Position numbers and translations under genes: made by a program. From Mycobacterium leprae TN (GTDB lineage: Bacteria > Actinomycetota > Actinomycetes > Mycobacteriales > Mycobacteriaceae): a DNA stretch of 32,000 nt. Below are positions 8,226 through 18,381 of the stretch, piece after piece; position 1 is the first letter of the stretch, and every line of letters starts with the position of its first letter. The notes beneath the pieces are model-generated. The model was not told where the DNA came from, made no database searches, and saw nothing but the letters and a program-made list of their open reading frames with translations. Where the stretch lies: positions 1,530,001-1,562,000 of the forward strand of contig NC_002677.1 of the NCBI RefSeq assembly GCF_000195855.1. The letters run 5' to 3'.

Positions 8226-9657
8226 GTGGTGGCCCGGTTTGATGAGCTGTTCGAGCGACACTATCTGTCGACCACGCCGGAGTCTGCTTCACTGGCGGGT
8301 CTGGTCTGTTCTTTGTTCCGGGCGGAAAACCGGGAGACCGCAGTGCAGCCTGGTCGCTATTGGCGATTTGTTTGTCTATCGGCTGTCGCGCTGCTCGGAC
8401 ACCGAAGAGTGGGTGGTCGACGTAATGTAGGTGGTGACCGCTGAGTGGGTCGCGGCGTTGCGAATTAATTAGCCAGGAGCTGACCTGGAGTCGGCTGCGG
8501 TATGTCTGGGCAATGCGCGATTGGTTGCCGAAGCTGGCGGAAATCTTCACAGCTGGTGACATTGACCTTCCGACATTTTTCGGACGATGGTGTACCGTAC
8601 CTATCGGATCATCGGTCGCGAGGTGTTCGCGGTGGTGAATAAACAGCTGGCTGTCGTCAAGATGCCGCGTTGGTCGTCGATGACTCAGGGGTCGGCTGGC
8701 CGGCCAATCGTGGCTAAGGCCGATGCGGTGTGCGCAGTGTCAGGTCGATCGCGGGATGTGGCTTGAGGATTGCGCAGAGGGTGTCTCGGGGATCCACAGC
8801 AGCCTGTTGACTCTCGACGCGCACGCCTTCGCTAAACGGTTGACCGCGTTGGCGGCCACGATGGATGTGTGAGGGTATGATCTAAGAGGTCCTGAGCAGC
8901 GCTGCTGCGCTGACGTTTGGGCCCGTCGTTGGTGGGGTCCGGTGCTGATCGGCTAGGGTGTTGTTGCGGCCGGCACGACTGTGTGGCTGGGAAGTGACCT
9001 GCCTCAACGTCTGTGGTGATTCATAATGATTGCTGAGCAAGTCATGATCGAGAGCGGCGGCTCGGCGCCGGCGTCCCAATTGGACGCTGATGAGCTTATC
9101 GCACTCGACGTCGTTGCAGCGCTGGTTTATAAGTTGGTCCAAGTTGGTGTCGTTGGTCCACCCGACCGATGCTCCGCCCGAGCCGGGGTATGTGCCGTTG
9201 AGGACGTTGGCAGCTTTTGTGCGCTCTGCCAGTATTTGACGTGTCGTTGGCACAGCTGTTGCCAGCCTGTCTGAACTGCGATCTCAACTACACCATTGCG
9301 TACGCCGATGGCTGGCCAACGCATGGGTTCAACTTGCAGTGCTCTTGCCTGCAACCCACCATCTGGTGAAGACGTTCTGGGGCTGGTGGTGGCCAGTAGA
9401 TGCCCGACGGAAGGACGACTTTGCTCTCGCTATCGGAGAGAACCGACGTCACCGCGTCGGGCAGCGCGCTGCTGTTTCCGAGTTTGTGCCTGTCCACCGG
9501 CCGGTATGCTGGCACCGAAGCCGGTCCTTTACTGAATTTTACTGAGGCAACCAGAGCGCTTTGGTGCCCAACGCCGCCGTATTCGCGGGCAAGACCGGGC
9601 CCATCGCATAGCCACCGAACGCCGACACAACCACACGGCTTGTGTCCGGCGGGCTGA
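8226..9657 (+). pseudogene. REP13E12-family DUF222 + HNH endonuclease pseudogene
   Basis: Plus-strand pieces in shifting frames rebuild the family. These are VARFDELFE...RAENRETAVQ, ALRISQELTWSRLRYVWAMRDWLPKLAEIFTAGDIDL, WLEDCAEGVSGIHSSLLTLDAHAFAKRLTALAATMDV, YLTCRWHSCCQPV*, CDLNYTIAYADGWPTHGFNLQCSCL, HHLVKTFWGWWWPVD and MPDGRTTLLSLSERTDVTASGSALLFPSLC. Many stops and frameshifts interrupt them. Confidence 0.75.
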
Positions 9658-9899
9658 GTGCTCGAGCTACCTCCGACCGGCCCACCCGGAACCGACAATC
9701 ATCCATAACCATTCTGATAGCGCCGCCTGTTGGATCGGCGGTCGGTGGAAGTGATCGAGGTACCCAGCCTGGAACATCCTCGTACACGAGTTAACAACTG
9801 GTACGCCGGCTATCGTGGTAGAGGGTGCCGGCCAGCCTGAGCTGGTGTTTGCGACCGAATCAGAAGTAGCGACTCTGTAGAAGATCGTGCACCACACAT

Positions 9900-11340
9900 G
9901 GCATGTGGAACTATAGGTGTACCACCGATCGAAAGTGAACTGTTCTGGAGCTGTCGGAGATTATTGGTTCATGTCACTTCGGTCGGGGTGGCTGTCTGCT
10001 GGTAGCGCTGTTCGTATGCGACTGGTGGTCGGTATTGGATTGATATTGATGAGGTGGAGTCTCGATCGTGTTGTACTAGTGCACCCAGGAGGTGGTTTCC
10101 CGTTCCAGTTCGACGCGACCGGTGAAGGTCGCATGTTGGTCGATTAATTCAGATTTGTACCGTCCCTATAGCAGAATCCATAAACACGTTGTCCAAAGCG
10201 TCGCCGACACTGCTGATGGATCCGGCGATACCGGCCTCGTGCAGCGCCTCGGTGAACGCGATCGACGTATATTGATCCCGCGTCCAAGTGATGAATCAAA
10301 TCGGTTATAGAGAATGGAGCTATGTGCAATAGGGGGTGAGTAGCGTCTGCTCAAGCACCGATGTGACCAAGCACCCGCGGTCTTGCTGGTCATCACCTGC
10401 CAGCCCAGGATGGGGTGGGAGAACACGTCCACACAAAACGTGGTATGGCACACCCTTTGCAGCGTCCACACATATGTGCAATCCCTTACCTGCCACTGAT
10501 CCGGGTAATGACAGCATTGAGCAGGAACGATCGAGCCGGTCGGGATGCTGCGGCGGCGAAGACTTGTCGTACTCAGTCGTACGAATGCTGCACTTATTGC
10601 AGCCTACATCGTCAATACCGGCGATACACATCAGCCGTGTCGCCCTGTCTGGACCTCAACTGTGACCTGCGTGTGTAGTGGCGGGCTAAAGCCTGTGCAC
10701 ACAGTAAGATCGGTAGGTTAGCCATCCACAGATCAAACAGGATCTTGCCGTCGTACGTGTCGGTAAGATCGGCTGCCCGCACAAAACCCTGCTGCTTGAC
10801 GGTGTAGTAGGTAGACGGGGGGACCTGCACGTCAGCCTGCTCAAACATGTACATGACAGATTGGATCGACCCGCATTCTTCGCGGTGGACATTGATGTAC
10901 TCTGCAAAGAATTGCGCGCGAAAGGATCACCGCAGTCGGCGATCGACTTCCGCCGCGGTGAAAAACGCGTTCGCTATTCGCAGAATCTCGTTGACAAGCT
11001 TCAATTCTTGCACTTCACGCTCACGCTCGGCCTAATCGCGCCTCTGGCTACCACCGGAGCCCACCTGACTTCTCCCGCTATCCTCGTTGCCGCTCCCACA
11101 ACTCCCGCGAGTACTTCCACTGTGATGCCATCCATACTTACCCTCTCCCTGTACAAAAAGCCTCCAGCGAAACCAAGAAACAATTCAAGACTTCACCCAA
11201 TATGCATTACAGGAAATTGTGCGCCAGGTGGTCAACGTCGAAAAATGGAGCGATCGTTGGACCAGATACCGCAGGACATCTGTATGATTTCTCGGTACGT
11301 CAAGAATTTTGACGCACACCGTTGCTGGGGAATCACCAAT
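9900..11340 (-). mobile_element. IS3-family insertion sequence remnant (decayed orfA/orfB transposase)
   Basis: Minus-strand fragments match both transposase ORFs. The orfA leucine-zipper end reads EREREVQELKLVNEILRIANAFFTAAEVDRRLR*. The orfB start reads FFAEYINVHREECGSIQSVMYM..PPSTYYTVKQQ. The rve integrase core reads TYVWTLQRVCHTTFCVDVFSHPILGWQV and ..YISIAFTEALHEAGIAGSISSVGDALDNVFMDSAIGT...IPP..YEQRYQQ. Stops and frameshifts occur throughout. The element ends were not identified, so the coordinates are approximate. Confidence 0.7.
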
Positions 11341-11379
11341 GCCTCTGACGAGGTCAAGGAGTCCATTGCGGATCTGTGA

Positions 11380-12720
11380 AGTGGGCTAGCTCGGGCAGAA
11401 AAGATCTGTGTGTAGTTACTCCTCTTTGCCTGCTTAGCGATTGCACAGACACAAAAGTGAATTATTGATAGTAGTGCATCTCAGCAGAAACGGCAAACGA
11501 TGAGGACAAAAATTTTGTCGTGTTGAGATATCGCTGACAATGCAGATCATTGCCGGAGACGGCTTGCTGAAAGATATGAGAAAGTTCGGATTTTTTGTCG
11601 TGCAAGAATAGTTTTCACCGTGCACAGGAGCCAATCATGACGATTGCATCCGCAACCTGGAGCGCTAGGTTGTCAAGGAGTATTTTGAGCTGGCTGTGGA
11701 GTTTCCTTATGCTGTCCCGTCCATCTCGGGTCTGCCGACCGTCTAGGACATTGTGCAAGATGGACGTTACAGTGGCGTAAAACTGTCAAGTTGTGCATGA
11801 GAGAGAACGATATGCTAATGGTGTGACTGTATATATGCCAGATAGTTGGGCCGCCAATTTTTACTCGTATGCTAGCTTAGCTAAAGGGATGAGAAGGAAG
11901 GAGAATCCCATGGCGAAGGAGGCTCCAAAAGTGCACGCGGTGCAGAAAGAATAGATGCCGAGAGGCGTTCCGGCGATGCGAATCGAGCAGAAGCCAGACG
12001 TGACCAGCTAGCTTAGCAAGCCTGCCGGCAGCAGCGATGAGAGGTAGCCGTGGTATATACGTTGATGGGGTTGCTCGCTTAGTCACACCTGTCCCTGCTA
12101 TTTGCATGTGTACTATAGACCGAATACTGCTGGTGACCAGCGGTATTCAATGTACCAGGCGGAACTTTGCAGCAAATTGATAGATTCCCAATGTACTTGG
12201 GCTTTCGGGGATTTGGTCTATCGATACTGAGGGAAAATAATTCAATTCCGCTGCGGCACAACGTGATCATCTGCGGTACGCTAATTCATATTAGCCTATC
12301 TTTGTAGGTTATTAGCAGGTATTTCTTCTGGTAGCTCTCAATATCACGAATCAGCCTGGTGTAGTTGAATATCGGTTATATATCAGAAGATATATTTCTT
12401 TGTTACCAATCAATGTTCCCGTGCTCTGGACCTATCGGGACATGTCAACTAGAAACTCGGCAGTGGTCATGGGGCTAGAAAGTTGATAAAAGTCAATTCA
12501 GATCGGTCCCGCAAGAGCTAAAAAAATGAGAATTAGCTCATTCAAGAATTGAGTGGGATTCACTTTAGTCCATAATCAAAGTGGAAATTGTGCTTCAGCC
12601 TATTATTTTCGTGCCGATTAATGAGCTCTAGACTTGGATATTTGGATAGATATTCTTGCACATATATTCGGTGTTGTTCTAAATTTTTTGCGATTGTGCG
12701 GTTCGATTAACGTAATTTTA
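11380..12720. other. AT-rich, apparently non-coding island
   Basis: Hand counts of the four 60-nt lines spanning 12481-12720 give 19-23 G+C per 60 (32-38%). A pyrD line gives 38/60 and a metH line 32/60. Only short ORFs with no recognisable motif are present. Confidence 0.6.
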
Positions 12721-13168
12721 TATTGAGTGCTATCATAAGTTGATTACCTTGCGTGACAACAAGACCCACTAGAGCATCAGGATGTCGATAGGTATTGCAC
12801 TGATCTCGTCTTAGCGGGATTCGTATATTCAACAGGTAGAACGTTAACGCGACGGCGAGGTCATAGCACGCGATTCCGAATGGGGGATTCCAGCTGACGA
12901 AGGCCGGAACGTCGACAAATCGGATGTGATAGACAGGGGGTATAGCCACCGGCGATAGCATCACGTTTACGCTGGCAATGGTCCCCGGAGGAATGTGACG
13001 AGTGGCGGATGCCACACTGCTACTTGTCACCTTAGTTACTCGCAGTGCATTATCGCAATTTTTGCTAAGGAATCGCGGTTGCACACGCCCAGACCGCGAT
13101 GTTCTCGGCGTTGATGCGAGTGCACACATCCAGGATTGGGAGACCACGCGCCACACCAACATCGACAA
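12707..13168 (-). pseudogene. Possible C-terminal fragment of an APH/kinase-fold phosphotransferase (tentative)
   Basis: The 153-aa minus ORF contains RHIPPGTIASVNVMLSP....FVDVPAFVSWNPPFGIACYDLAVAL. This resembles the HGDxxxxNvL ... IDw/fgdA.iGdPa.DLA pattern of aminoglycoside-phosphotransferase-like kinases. The N-terminal lobe has no room before the pyrD stop at 13264. This is motif resemblance only. Confidence 0.3.
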
Positions 13169-13231
13169 GCTGACTTTGTCCTGCGGATTTCATCGCCCCG
13201 AGAAGCTGCTATGCGACGAAGCTACAGATGA

Positions 13232-13260
13232 CCAGGATACGGTGGCATTATCTATCCTGG
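13232..13260 (-). terminator. Hairpin immediately downstream of pyrD (candidate terminator)
   Basis: CCAGGATA-13 nt-TATCCTGG forms a perfect 8-bp stem starting 4 nt after the pyrD stop codon. There is no U-tract, which is common in mycobacteria. Confidence 0.3.
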
Positions 13261-13263
13261 CGG

Positions 13264-14334
13264 TCACTCCGATTTGGCGGTCGCCGACCCGACCGCGTCG
13301 CGCAGTGAGGCGAACCCGCCGTCATGAAGCCGGCGTGCGATGCCGTCGTGAATGTGTTTGGGCCAGAATCCCCCGCCGTAGATGAATCCGGTATAGCCCT
13401 GGAGCAGCGAGGCGCCCGCTGTGATGCGATCCCATGCGTCGTCGGCAGTTTCGATGCCTCCCACGCTGATGAGCACCAGACGGTCACCGACCCGTCCGTA
13501 GAGCCGGCGCAACACCTCGACAGCGCGGCGCGCCACCGGCGGCCCCGAGATGCCACCTGCCCCCAGCGCATCGATTCCCGGTGTCACCAAGCAGTCACGC
13601 GATACTGTGGTGTTGGTTGCCACGATGCCTGCTAGCCTAAGTTCGACGGCTAGGTCTGTGATGTCGTCGATCTCGGAATCGGAGATATCGGGTGCAATCT
13701 TGACCAGCACTGGTACTGAGGTCTCAGCCAGGACTCCCAACAAGATGGCCCGAAGCGACTCGACTGCTTGTAGGTCGCGAAGCCCCGGGGTATTCGGGGA
13801 GCTGACATTGACAACCAGATACGAGGCCAGCGGGCCGACCAGCCGGGCGCTGGCCCGGTAGTCATCGACAGTATGGGAGGCCGGGGTTGCCTTAGTCTTG
13901 CTGATGTTCACCCCGATAGGCACTTCGGGGCGGTGGTGGGCGAGCTGGATAGCCAGCGCTCCGGCGCCGTTATTGTTGAACCCCATCCTGTTCAGCAGAG
14001 CGCGGTCGGCGGGCAGCCGGAACATGCGCGGGGCCGGGTTGCCGGGCTGTGGGTACGCGGTGACGGTTCCGACTTCAGCATAACCGAACCCTAATGCACC
14101 CCAGGCAAGCAGCCCCATGCCGTCCTTGTCGAAGCCCGCTGCCAGCCCCAGCGGTCCGGGGAAGCGGACCCCAAAAACCGTGCTGGCCAGCACCGGATCC
14201 GTCGGTCCCAGTACCCAGCGCAGCAACCGGCGCAGCACAGCGATGGAGGTTACGCAACGCAGCATGGCAAAAACCAGTGTGTGTATCCGCTCGGGTGGGG
14301 TCAGGAACAGCAGCCGGCGTACGACCCGGTACAT
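13264..14334 (-). CDS. pyrD: Dihydroorotate dehydrogenase (quinone), class 2
   Basis: The ORF is intact and carries [44 protein letters not shown] and ISVGGI motifs. The longest ORF starts at GTG 14358. The ATG at 14334 ([11 protein letters not shown]...) matches the usual N-terminus and gives 356 aa. Confidence 0.93.
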   Translation of the reverse strand: MYRVVRRLLFLTPPERIHTLVFAMLRCVTSIAVLRRLLRWVLGPTDPVLASTVFGVRFPGPLGLAAGFDKDGMGLLAWGALGFGYAEVGTVTAYPQPGNPAPRMFRLPADRALLNRMGFNNNGAGALAIQLAHHRPEVPIGVNISKTKATPASHTVDDYRASARLVGPLASYLVVNVSSPNTPGLRDLQAVESLRAILLGVLAETSVPVLVKIAPDISDSEIDDITDLAVELRLAGIVATNTTVSRDCLVTPGIDALGAGGISGPPVARRAVEVLRRLYGRVGDRLVLISVGGIETADDAWDRITAGASLLQGYTGFIYGGGFWPKHIHDGIARRLHDGGFASLRDAVGSATAKSE

Positions 14335-14354
14335 CACAGTTCCGGCTAGCCAGG

Positions 14355-14552
14355 TCACCGGTCGGAGCCTGTGTTTTCTAGACGAGAGTTATTGCGGCGC
14401 AACAATGTCCTCCTACTGCCGTCGGTGTAGATCCGCACCTTGATCAGCTCCCAACCGCAATATTCAGCCTCGATGGACAGCCGGGTCGATGCGTTAAGCG
14501 TGGTCAATTCTGACGGCAGGTGCAACGGCACCCATTCGTACTCGTTAGACAT
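14355..14552 (-). CDS. Small conserved actinobacterial protein (DUF5703-like, from memory)
   Basis: An intact 65-aa ORF starts at the ATG at 14552 and reads [53 protein letters not shown].... It can be extended to 84 aa from a TTG at 14609 that overlaps the lppL stop. Its own stop overlaps the alternative GTG start of pyrD. The family assignment is recollection of the YE...LP......L...AEYGGWEL.R.RLY.DGSR pattern. Confidence 0.5.
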   Translation of the reverse strand: MSNEYEWVPLHLPSELTTLNASTRLSIEAEYCGWELIKVRIYTDGSRRTLLRRNNSRLENTGSDR

Positions 14553-14605
14553 CTCAGCGTCCCAACCGGCGGGTAGCCGGCTCCGCGGTGGCGCCAGTCG
14601 GTTGC

Positions 14606-15655
14606 TCAACGTGTACCTACTGCGTGTTCGATGATCTGCACTCCCGCGCCCGACTCCGATACCACATACAAGGTGTCTGACGCTTCGTCAAAAGCCAACG
14701 AATTGGGTTGCTGCACGGTTGGATAACTTACCTTTTCGACAGGGATTCCGGTGGTTAGATCGTAACCAATAACGATGTTAGAGGCGGTTTGAGATACCCA
14801 GGCCAACGTGCGGGATCCGGCTAGCCCGTACGGGGCGTGGCGCACAGGATAGGTCTGGCGCAAGATTAGCGGGTCAATAGTATACACCAATAGCTGGCCA
14901 CTGCGGGTGTCGGCGACTAAAATACGGCCCAGCGGATCAGCGGCCAGCGTGGTTGCGCCTTCGCCGGCTCGCAGCGCTTGCTGGACATGACCGTCGGCTC
15001 CTATTGTCGTTATTGACGTCTGTCCACTATCCAGCACTACCGTGTTATTTCTTTGGGTTGCGAGGGAATCGATACGAGCAAAGATCTTGTTTCGGTTGCT
15101 AGCGGTAGCGGTGTTGGTTCCAGGTGCCGTCGCGGCAAGAGTGTAGACGGTGCCGTCGGCGCTGCCCAGAACCAACTTGGCGTCCGCTCGGCGTGCGATT
15201 GCGGTGAATTTGGCGTGTCCAGCGTCGGTTACGTTCACTTGTGAGGTATGGCCGCCTTCGAGATCGACCACGAAGTAGCCACCGTGCGAGGCAAGATAGG
15301 CGGTGCCGTGGTCGTCGCTGGTCAACGCGGTTGCAGGCCCCGGTAGAACGATCACGCGTGGCTGAGTGTGTGCGTCATCGAAAACGGTAACGCTGGCGGG
15401 CGCAGCGGGATCGGTGCCTGGGCACAGGACCGCCAACAGGTGACTGCCGCTGTCGAATATCACACCCTGCGGGTGGCCGCCCAGTGGTCGCACTACACCC
15501 ACAGGTTTCTGTGACACCGGCGGTGAGTCGGCCGGCTGCGCGGGTTCGATAGTGGGTGGGGAGCTATCAAGCCGATCCGACGAACATCCGGTCATGAGTG
15601 CTAGCAACACGCCAGCTAAACAGTGTTGAACTGTTCGCTTATCCGGCGACAGCAA
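14606..15655 (-). CDS. lppL: Conserved lipoprotein LppL (Rv2138-like), beta-propeller repeats
   Basis: This is an intact 349-aa ORF. The signal peptide ends in a lipobox-like LALMTGC-SS. The remainder is rich in repeated G..A(V)D...G..YV motifs typical of YncE-like propellers. Confidence 0.85.
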   Translation of the reverse strand: MLSPDKRTVQHCLAGVLLALMTGCSSDRLDSSPPTIEPAQPADSPPVSQKPVGVVRPLGGHPQGVIFDSGSHLLAVLCPGTDPAAPASVTVFDDAHTQPRVIVLPGPATALTSDDHGTAYLASHGGYFVVDLEGGHTSQVNVTDAGHAKFTAIARRADAKLVLGSADGTVYTLAATAPGTNTATASNRNKIFARIDSLATQRNNTVVLDSGQTSITTIGADGHVQQALRAGEGATTLAADPLGRILVADTRSGQLLVYTIDPLILRQTYPVRHAPYGLAGSRTLAWVSQTASNIVIGYDLTTGIPVEKVSYPTVQQPNSLAFDEASDTLYVVSESGAGVQIIEHAVGTR

Positions 15656-15730
15656 CGGCTAACCCTAAAATACTATACATCAAACTCGAATTCTAAGGAA
15701 CGATGGTGCATCATTGTATTCAATCTGGGA

Positions 15731-15739
15731 TGCTACAAT
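15731..15739 (+). promoter_or_regulatory. Extended -10 promoter element (TGcTACAAT) in the lppL / Rv2137c-like divergent intergenic region
   Basis: TGCTACAAT is read directly in an AT-rich 117-nt divergent spacer, 34 nt upstream of the ATG at 15773. No experimental support exists. Confidence 0.3.
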
Positions 15740-15772
15740 ATGTACCGGTTCGGGATGAGGTATCTTGACAGT

Positions 15773-16075
15773 ATGACTGTCACCGTTGACCGGCATGTGG
15801 CAGGCAACGAGTTTACCGTCGAGGAGATTTCGACGGGAATTTTCGCCAGCGGGTATGGACAAGTCGGTGATGGACGCAGTTTTTCATTCCACATCGAGCA
15901 CTGGTCGTTAGTCGTAGAAATTTACCGGACACGATTGGCCGGGCTTGTTCCGCAGACTGAAGAAGTAGTCCCGAGGGCGATCCGCGGGCTGGTCAACATC
16001 GACCTCACCGACGAACGCAGCCTGGCTGCGGCGGTGCGAGATTTGGTCGCACGCACGTTAACGGTCTCAGGTTAG
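15773..16075 (+). CDS. Conserved hypothetical protein (Rv2137c-like)
   Basis: The ORF is intact and reads [52 protein letters not shown]...[17 protein letters not shown]. The upstream part of the 150-aa maximal ORF (15623-) is AT-rich and overlaps the lppL start, so a later start is more likely. In-frame ATGs at 15740 and 15755 are alternatives. Confidence 0.6.
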   Translation: MTVTVDRHVAGNEFTVEEISTGIFASGYGQVGDGRSFSFHIEHWSLVVEIYRTRLAGLVPQTEEVVPRAIRGLVNIDLTDERSLAAAVRDLVARTLTVSG

Positions 16076-16133
16076 TCGCATCAGGTACCGGCTGCCACCA
16101 GGTACGGTCGTCGTCGTGACTGCGGTTTCGGCG

Positions 16134-16964
16134 ATGTCCTGGTGGCAAGTCATCGTTTTGGCCGTGGTGCAAGGTCTCACGGAGTTCCTGCCGGTGTCAT
16201 CCTCGGGTCACCTGGCGATTGTGTCGCGGATCTTGTTCACTGGCGATGCTGGCGCCTCATTCACCGCGGTCAGCCAACTGGGCACTGAGGTCGCGGTGCT
16301 GGTGTACTTCGGACGCGACATCGTACGCATTCTCCATGCCTGGTGTAGAGGCCTGACCGTCACGTTGCACCGCACCGCGGACTATTGGTTGGGCTGGTAT
16401 GTGATCATCGGGACCATCCCAATCTGCATCCTGGGCCTGGTGTGCAAGGACGAGATCCGCTCGGGAATTCGTCCTCTGTGGGTCGTAGCGACCGCGTTGG
16501 TGGCGTTTTCGGGGGTAATCGCCTTCGCTGAGTATGTCGGGCGTCAGAATCGTTGTATCGAGCAGCTGAACTGGCGTGACGCTCTGGTGGTAGGAGTGGC
16601 CCAAACGCTTGCGTTGATTCCTGGTGTCTCACGATCCGGCTCGACTATCAGCGCTGGGCTGTTTCTCGGACTAGATCGTGAATTGGCCGCCCGATTCGGC
16701 TTCCTCCTGGCCATACCCGCTGTGTTCGCGTCCGGGTTGTTCTCGATACCGGACGCCTTCCATCCTATCACTGAGGGTATGAGTGCCACCGGCGCGCAGC
16801 TGCTGGTGGCCACTGTGATCGCATTTGTCGTCGGTTTGGTTGCGGTGTCCTGGTTGCTGCGGTTTCTGGTGCAGCACAACCTGTACTGGTTCGTCGGCTA
16901 CCGGATAGTCGTCGGCGTGGGTGTACTGATCCTGCTGGCGGTCAAGACGGTAGCTGCGACATGA
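16134..16964 (+). CDS. uppP: Undecaprenyl-diphosphate phosphatase (BacA/UppP)
   Basis: The ORF is intact and carries the [15 protein letters not shown] and [10 protein letters not shown] signature motifs and multiple TM segments. The ATG at 16134 (MSWWQVIVL...) gives 276 aa. The maximal ORF starts at GTG 16116. Confidence 0.93.
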   Translation: MSWWQVIVLAVVQGLTEFLPVSSSGHLAIVSRILFTGDAGASFTAVSQLGTEVAVLVYFGRDIVRILHAWCRGLTVTLHRTADYWLGWYVIIGTIPICILGLVCKDEIRSGIRPLWVVATALVAFSGVIAFAEYVGRQNRCIEQLNWRDALVVGVAQTLALIPGVSRSGSTISAGLFLGLDRELAARFGFLLAIPAVFASGLFSIPDAFHPITEGMSATGAQLLVATVIAFVVGLVAVSWLLRFLVQHNLYWFVGYRIVVGVGVLILLAVKTVAAT

Positions 16965-17713
16965 CGGTCATTTTGTTGCGGCACGGGCGGTCCACATCGA
17001 ATACCGCAGGTGTTTTAGCTGGTCGGGCCGATGGGGTCGACCTCGACGACAGGGGCCGCGAGCAAGCCGTCGGTCTGATAGACCGGATCGCTGAATTACC
17101 GATTCGGGCGGTGGTATGCTCGCCACTACTACGGTGTCGACGTACCATCAATCCGCTCGCCGAAACGCTGTGCCTTGAGCCGTTCATCGATGACCGGTTG
17201 TCCGAAGTGGATTACGGAGAATGGACAGGTCGCAGCATCGGTGACTTGGCCAAGGAGCCGTTATGGCAGGTAGTTCAGGCACATCCCAGCGCCGCGGTGT
17301 TTCCCAGCGGGGAGGGGTTGGCTCAGGTGCAGGTGCGCGCGGTGGCCGCGATCCGTGAATACGACCGGCGATTCACTTCAGAACACGGTGGTGACACGCT
17401 TTGGGTCGCCTGTACTCACGGTGACGTCATTAAGGCGGTGATCGCCGACGCGTTCGGCATGCATCTGGATAGCTTTCAACGTGTCATCGCCGACCCGGGA
17501 TCAGTGAGTGTGATCCGCTACACTCAGCTGCGGCCGTTTGTGCTGCACGTCAACCACACTGGTGCGCAGTTGTCGTCGGCGTTGCGGGCCGCGATGAAGC
17601 CTTCAGGTGAGTCCCACAGTGATTCTTGTGGCGAGCGCTCAGGAGAGATACGGAACGAACCGGATGCTGCGGTGCCGTCTGGTGATGCGGTACTCGGCGG
17701 CTCCGCCGACTAG
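16961..17713 (+). CDS. Histidine phosphatase superfamily protein (phosphoglycerate-mutase-like, Rv2135c-like)
   Basis: This is an intact 250-aa ORF. It carries the [10 protein letters not shown] catalytic RHG motif and a later THGDVIKA. Its ATG overlaps the uppP stop (ATGA at 16961-16964). Confidence 0.88.
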   Translation: MTVILLRHGRSTSNTAGVLAGRADGVDLDDRGREQAVGLIDRIAELPIRAVVCSPLLRCRRTINPLAETLCLEPFIDDRLSEVDYGEWTGRSIGDLAKEPLWQVVQAHPSAAVFPSGEGLAQVQVRAVAAIREYDRRFTSEHGGDTLWVACTHGDVIKAVIADAFGMHLDSFQRVIADPGSVSVIRYTQLRPFVLHVNHTGAQLSSALRAAMKPSGESHSDSCGERSGEIRNEPDAAVPSGDAVLGGSAD

Positions 17714-17790
17714 TTCTTTCGGAGCCGGTTCGGTTTGCGCCCGCGTCCGGATCACACCTTGGGCCCAACTGCCGGTATTTTGGAGATGCC

Positions 17791-18381
17791 ATGGCCCGCG
17801 CAATTCACGTCTTCCGCACACCCGACCGCTTCGTGGCCGGGACTGTTGGCCAGCCCGGGAATCGCACCTTTTACATCCAAGCGGTGCACGACTCTCGGGT
17901 GGTGTCAGTGGTTTTGGAAAAGCAGCAGGTTGCGGTGCTTGCAGAACGCATCGGTGCGTTGCTCCTCGAGGTGCATCGCAGGTTCGGCACCCCGGTGCCC
18001 CCGGAGCCCGCTGAGATCAATGACCTTAACCCACTGGTTATGCCGGTGGACGCCGAGTTCCGGGTCGGCACCATGGGCCTAGGCTGGGATTCGGAAGCGC
18101 AGACCGTGGTGGTGGAGTTGCTGGCCGTTACTGACGCTGAGTTCGACGCCTCCGTGGTGCTCGATGACACCGATGAGGGTCCCGACGCGGTGCGGGTGTT
18201 CCTGACGCCGGAGTCGGCACGACAGTTCGCCACTCGCTCTAACCGTGTCATCTTGGCGGGACGTCCACCGTGCCCACTGTGCGACGAACCGTTGGACCCT
18301 GAGGGGCACGTCTGTGCGCGCACCAACGGCTATAAGCGCAGCGCGTTGCTCGGGCCTAAAGATGATGACACCGAATGGTGA
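17791..18381 (+). CDS. DUF3090-family protein (Rv2134c-like)
   Basis: This is an intact 196-aa ORF. GGAGA lies 4 nt before the ATG. The N-terminus reads FVAGTVGQPGNRTFYIQA and the C-terminus carries CPLCDEPLDPEGHVCARTNGY, a metal-binding-like motif. Confidence 0.88.
   Translation: MARAIHVFRTPDRFVAGTVGQPGNRTFYIQAVHDSRVVSVVLEKQQVAVLAERIGALLLEVHRRFGTPVPPEPAEINDLNPLVMPVDAEFRVGTMGLGWDSEAQTVVVELLAVTDAEFDASVVLDDTDEGPDAVRVFLTPESARQFATRSNRVILAGRPPCPLCDEPLDPEGHVCARTNGYKRSALLGPKDDDTEW

Noticed and set aside
10861-11379. 172-aa plus-strand ORF that could be taken for a gene.
   Set aside because: It lies antisense to the recognisable IS3 orfA/orfB remnant and has no motif of its own.
11871-12017. Exact 11-mer GCTAGCTTAGC occurring twice (11871 and 12007), and TTTTGTCGTG occurring twice (near 11513 and 11594), in the AT-rich island.
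   Set aside because: Repeats of 10-11 nt are expected by chance many times in 32 kb, and no higher-order periodicity surrounds them.
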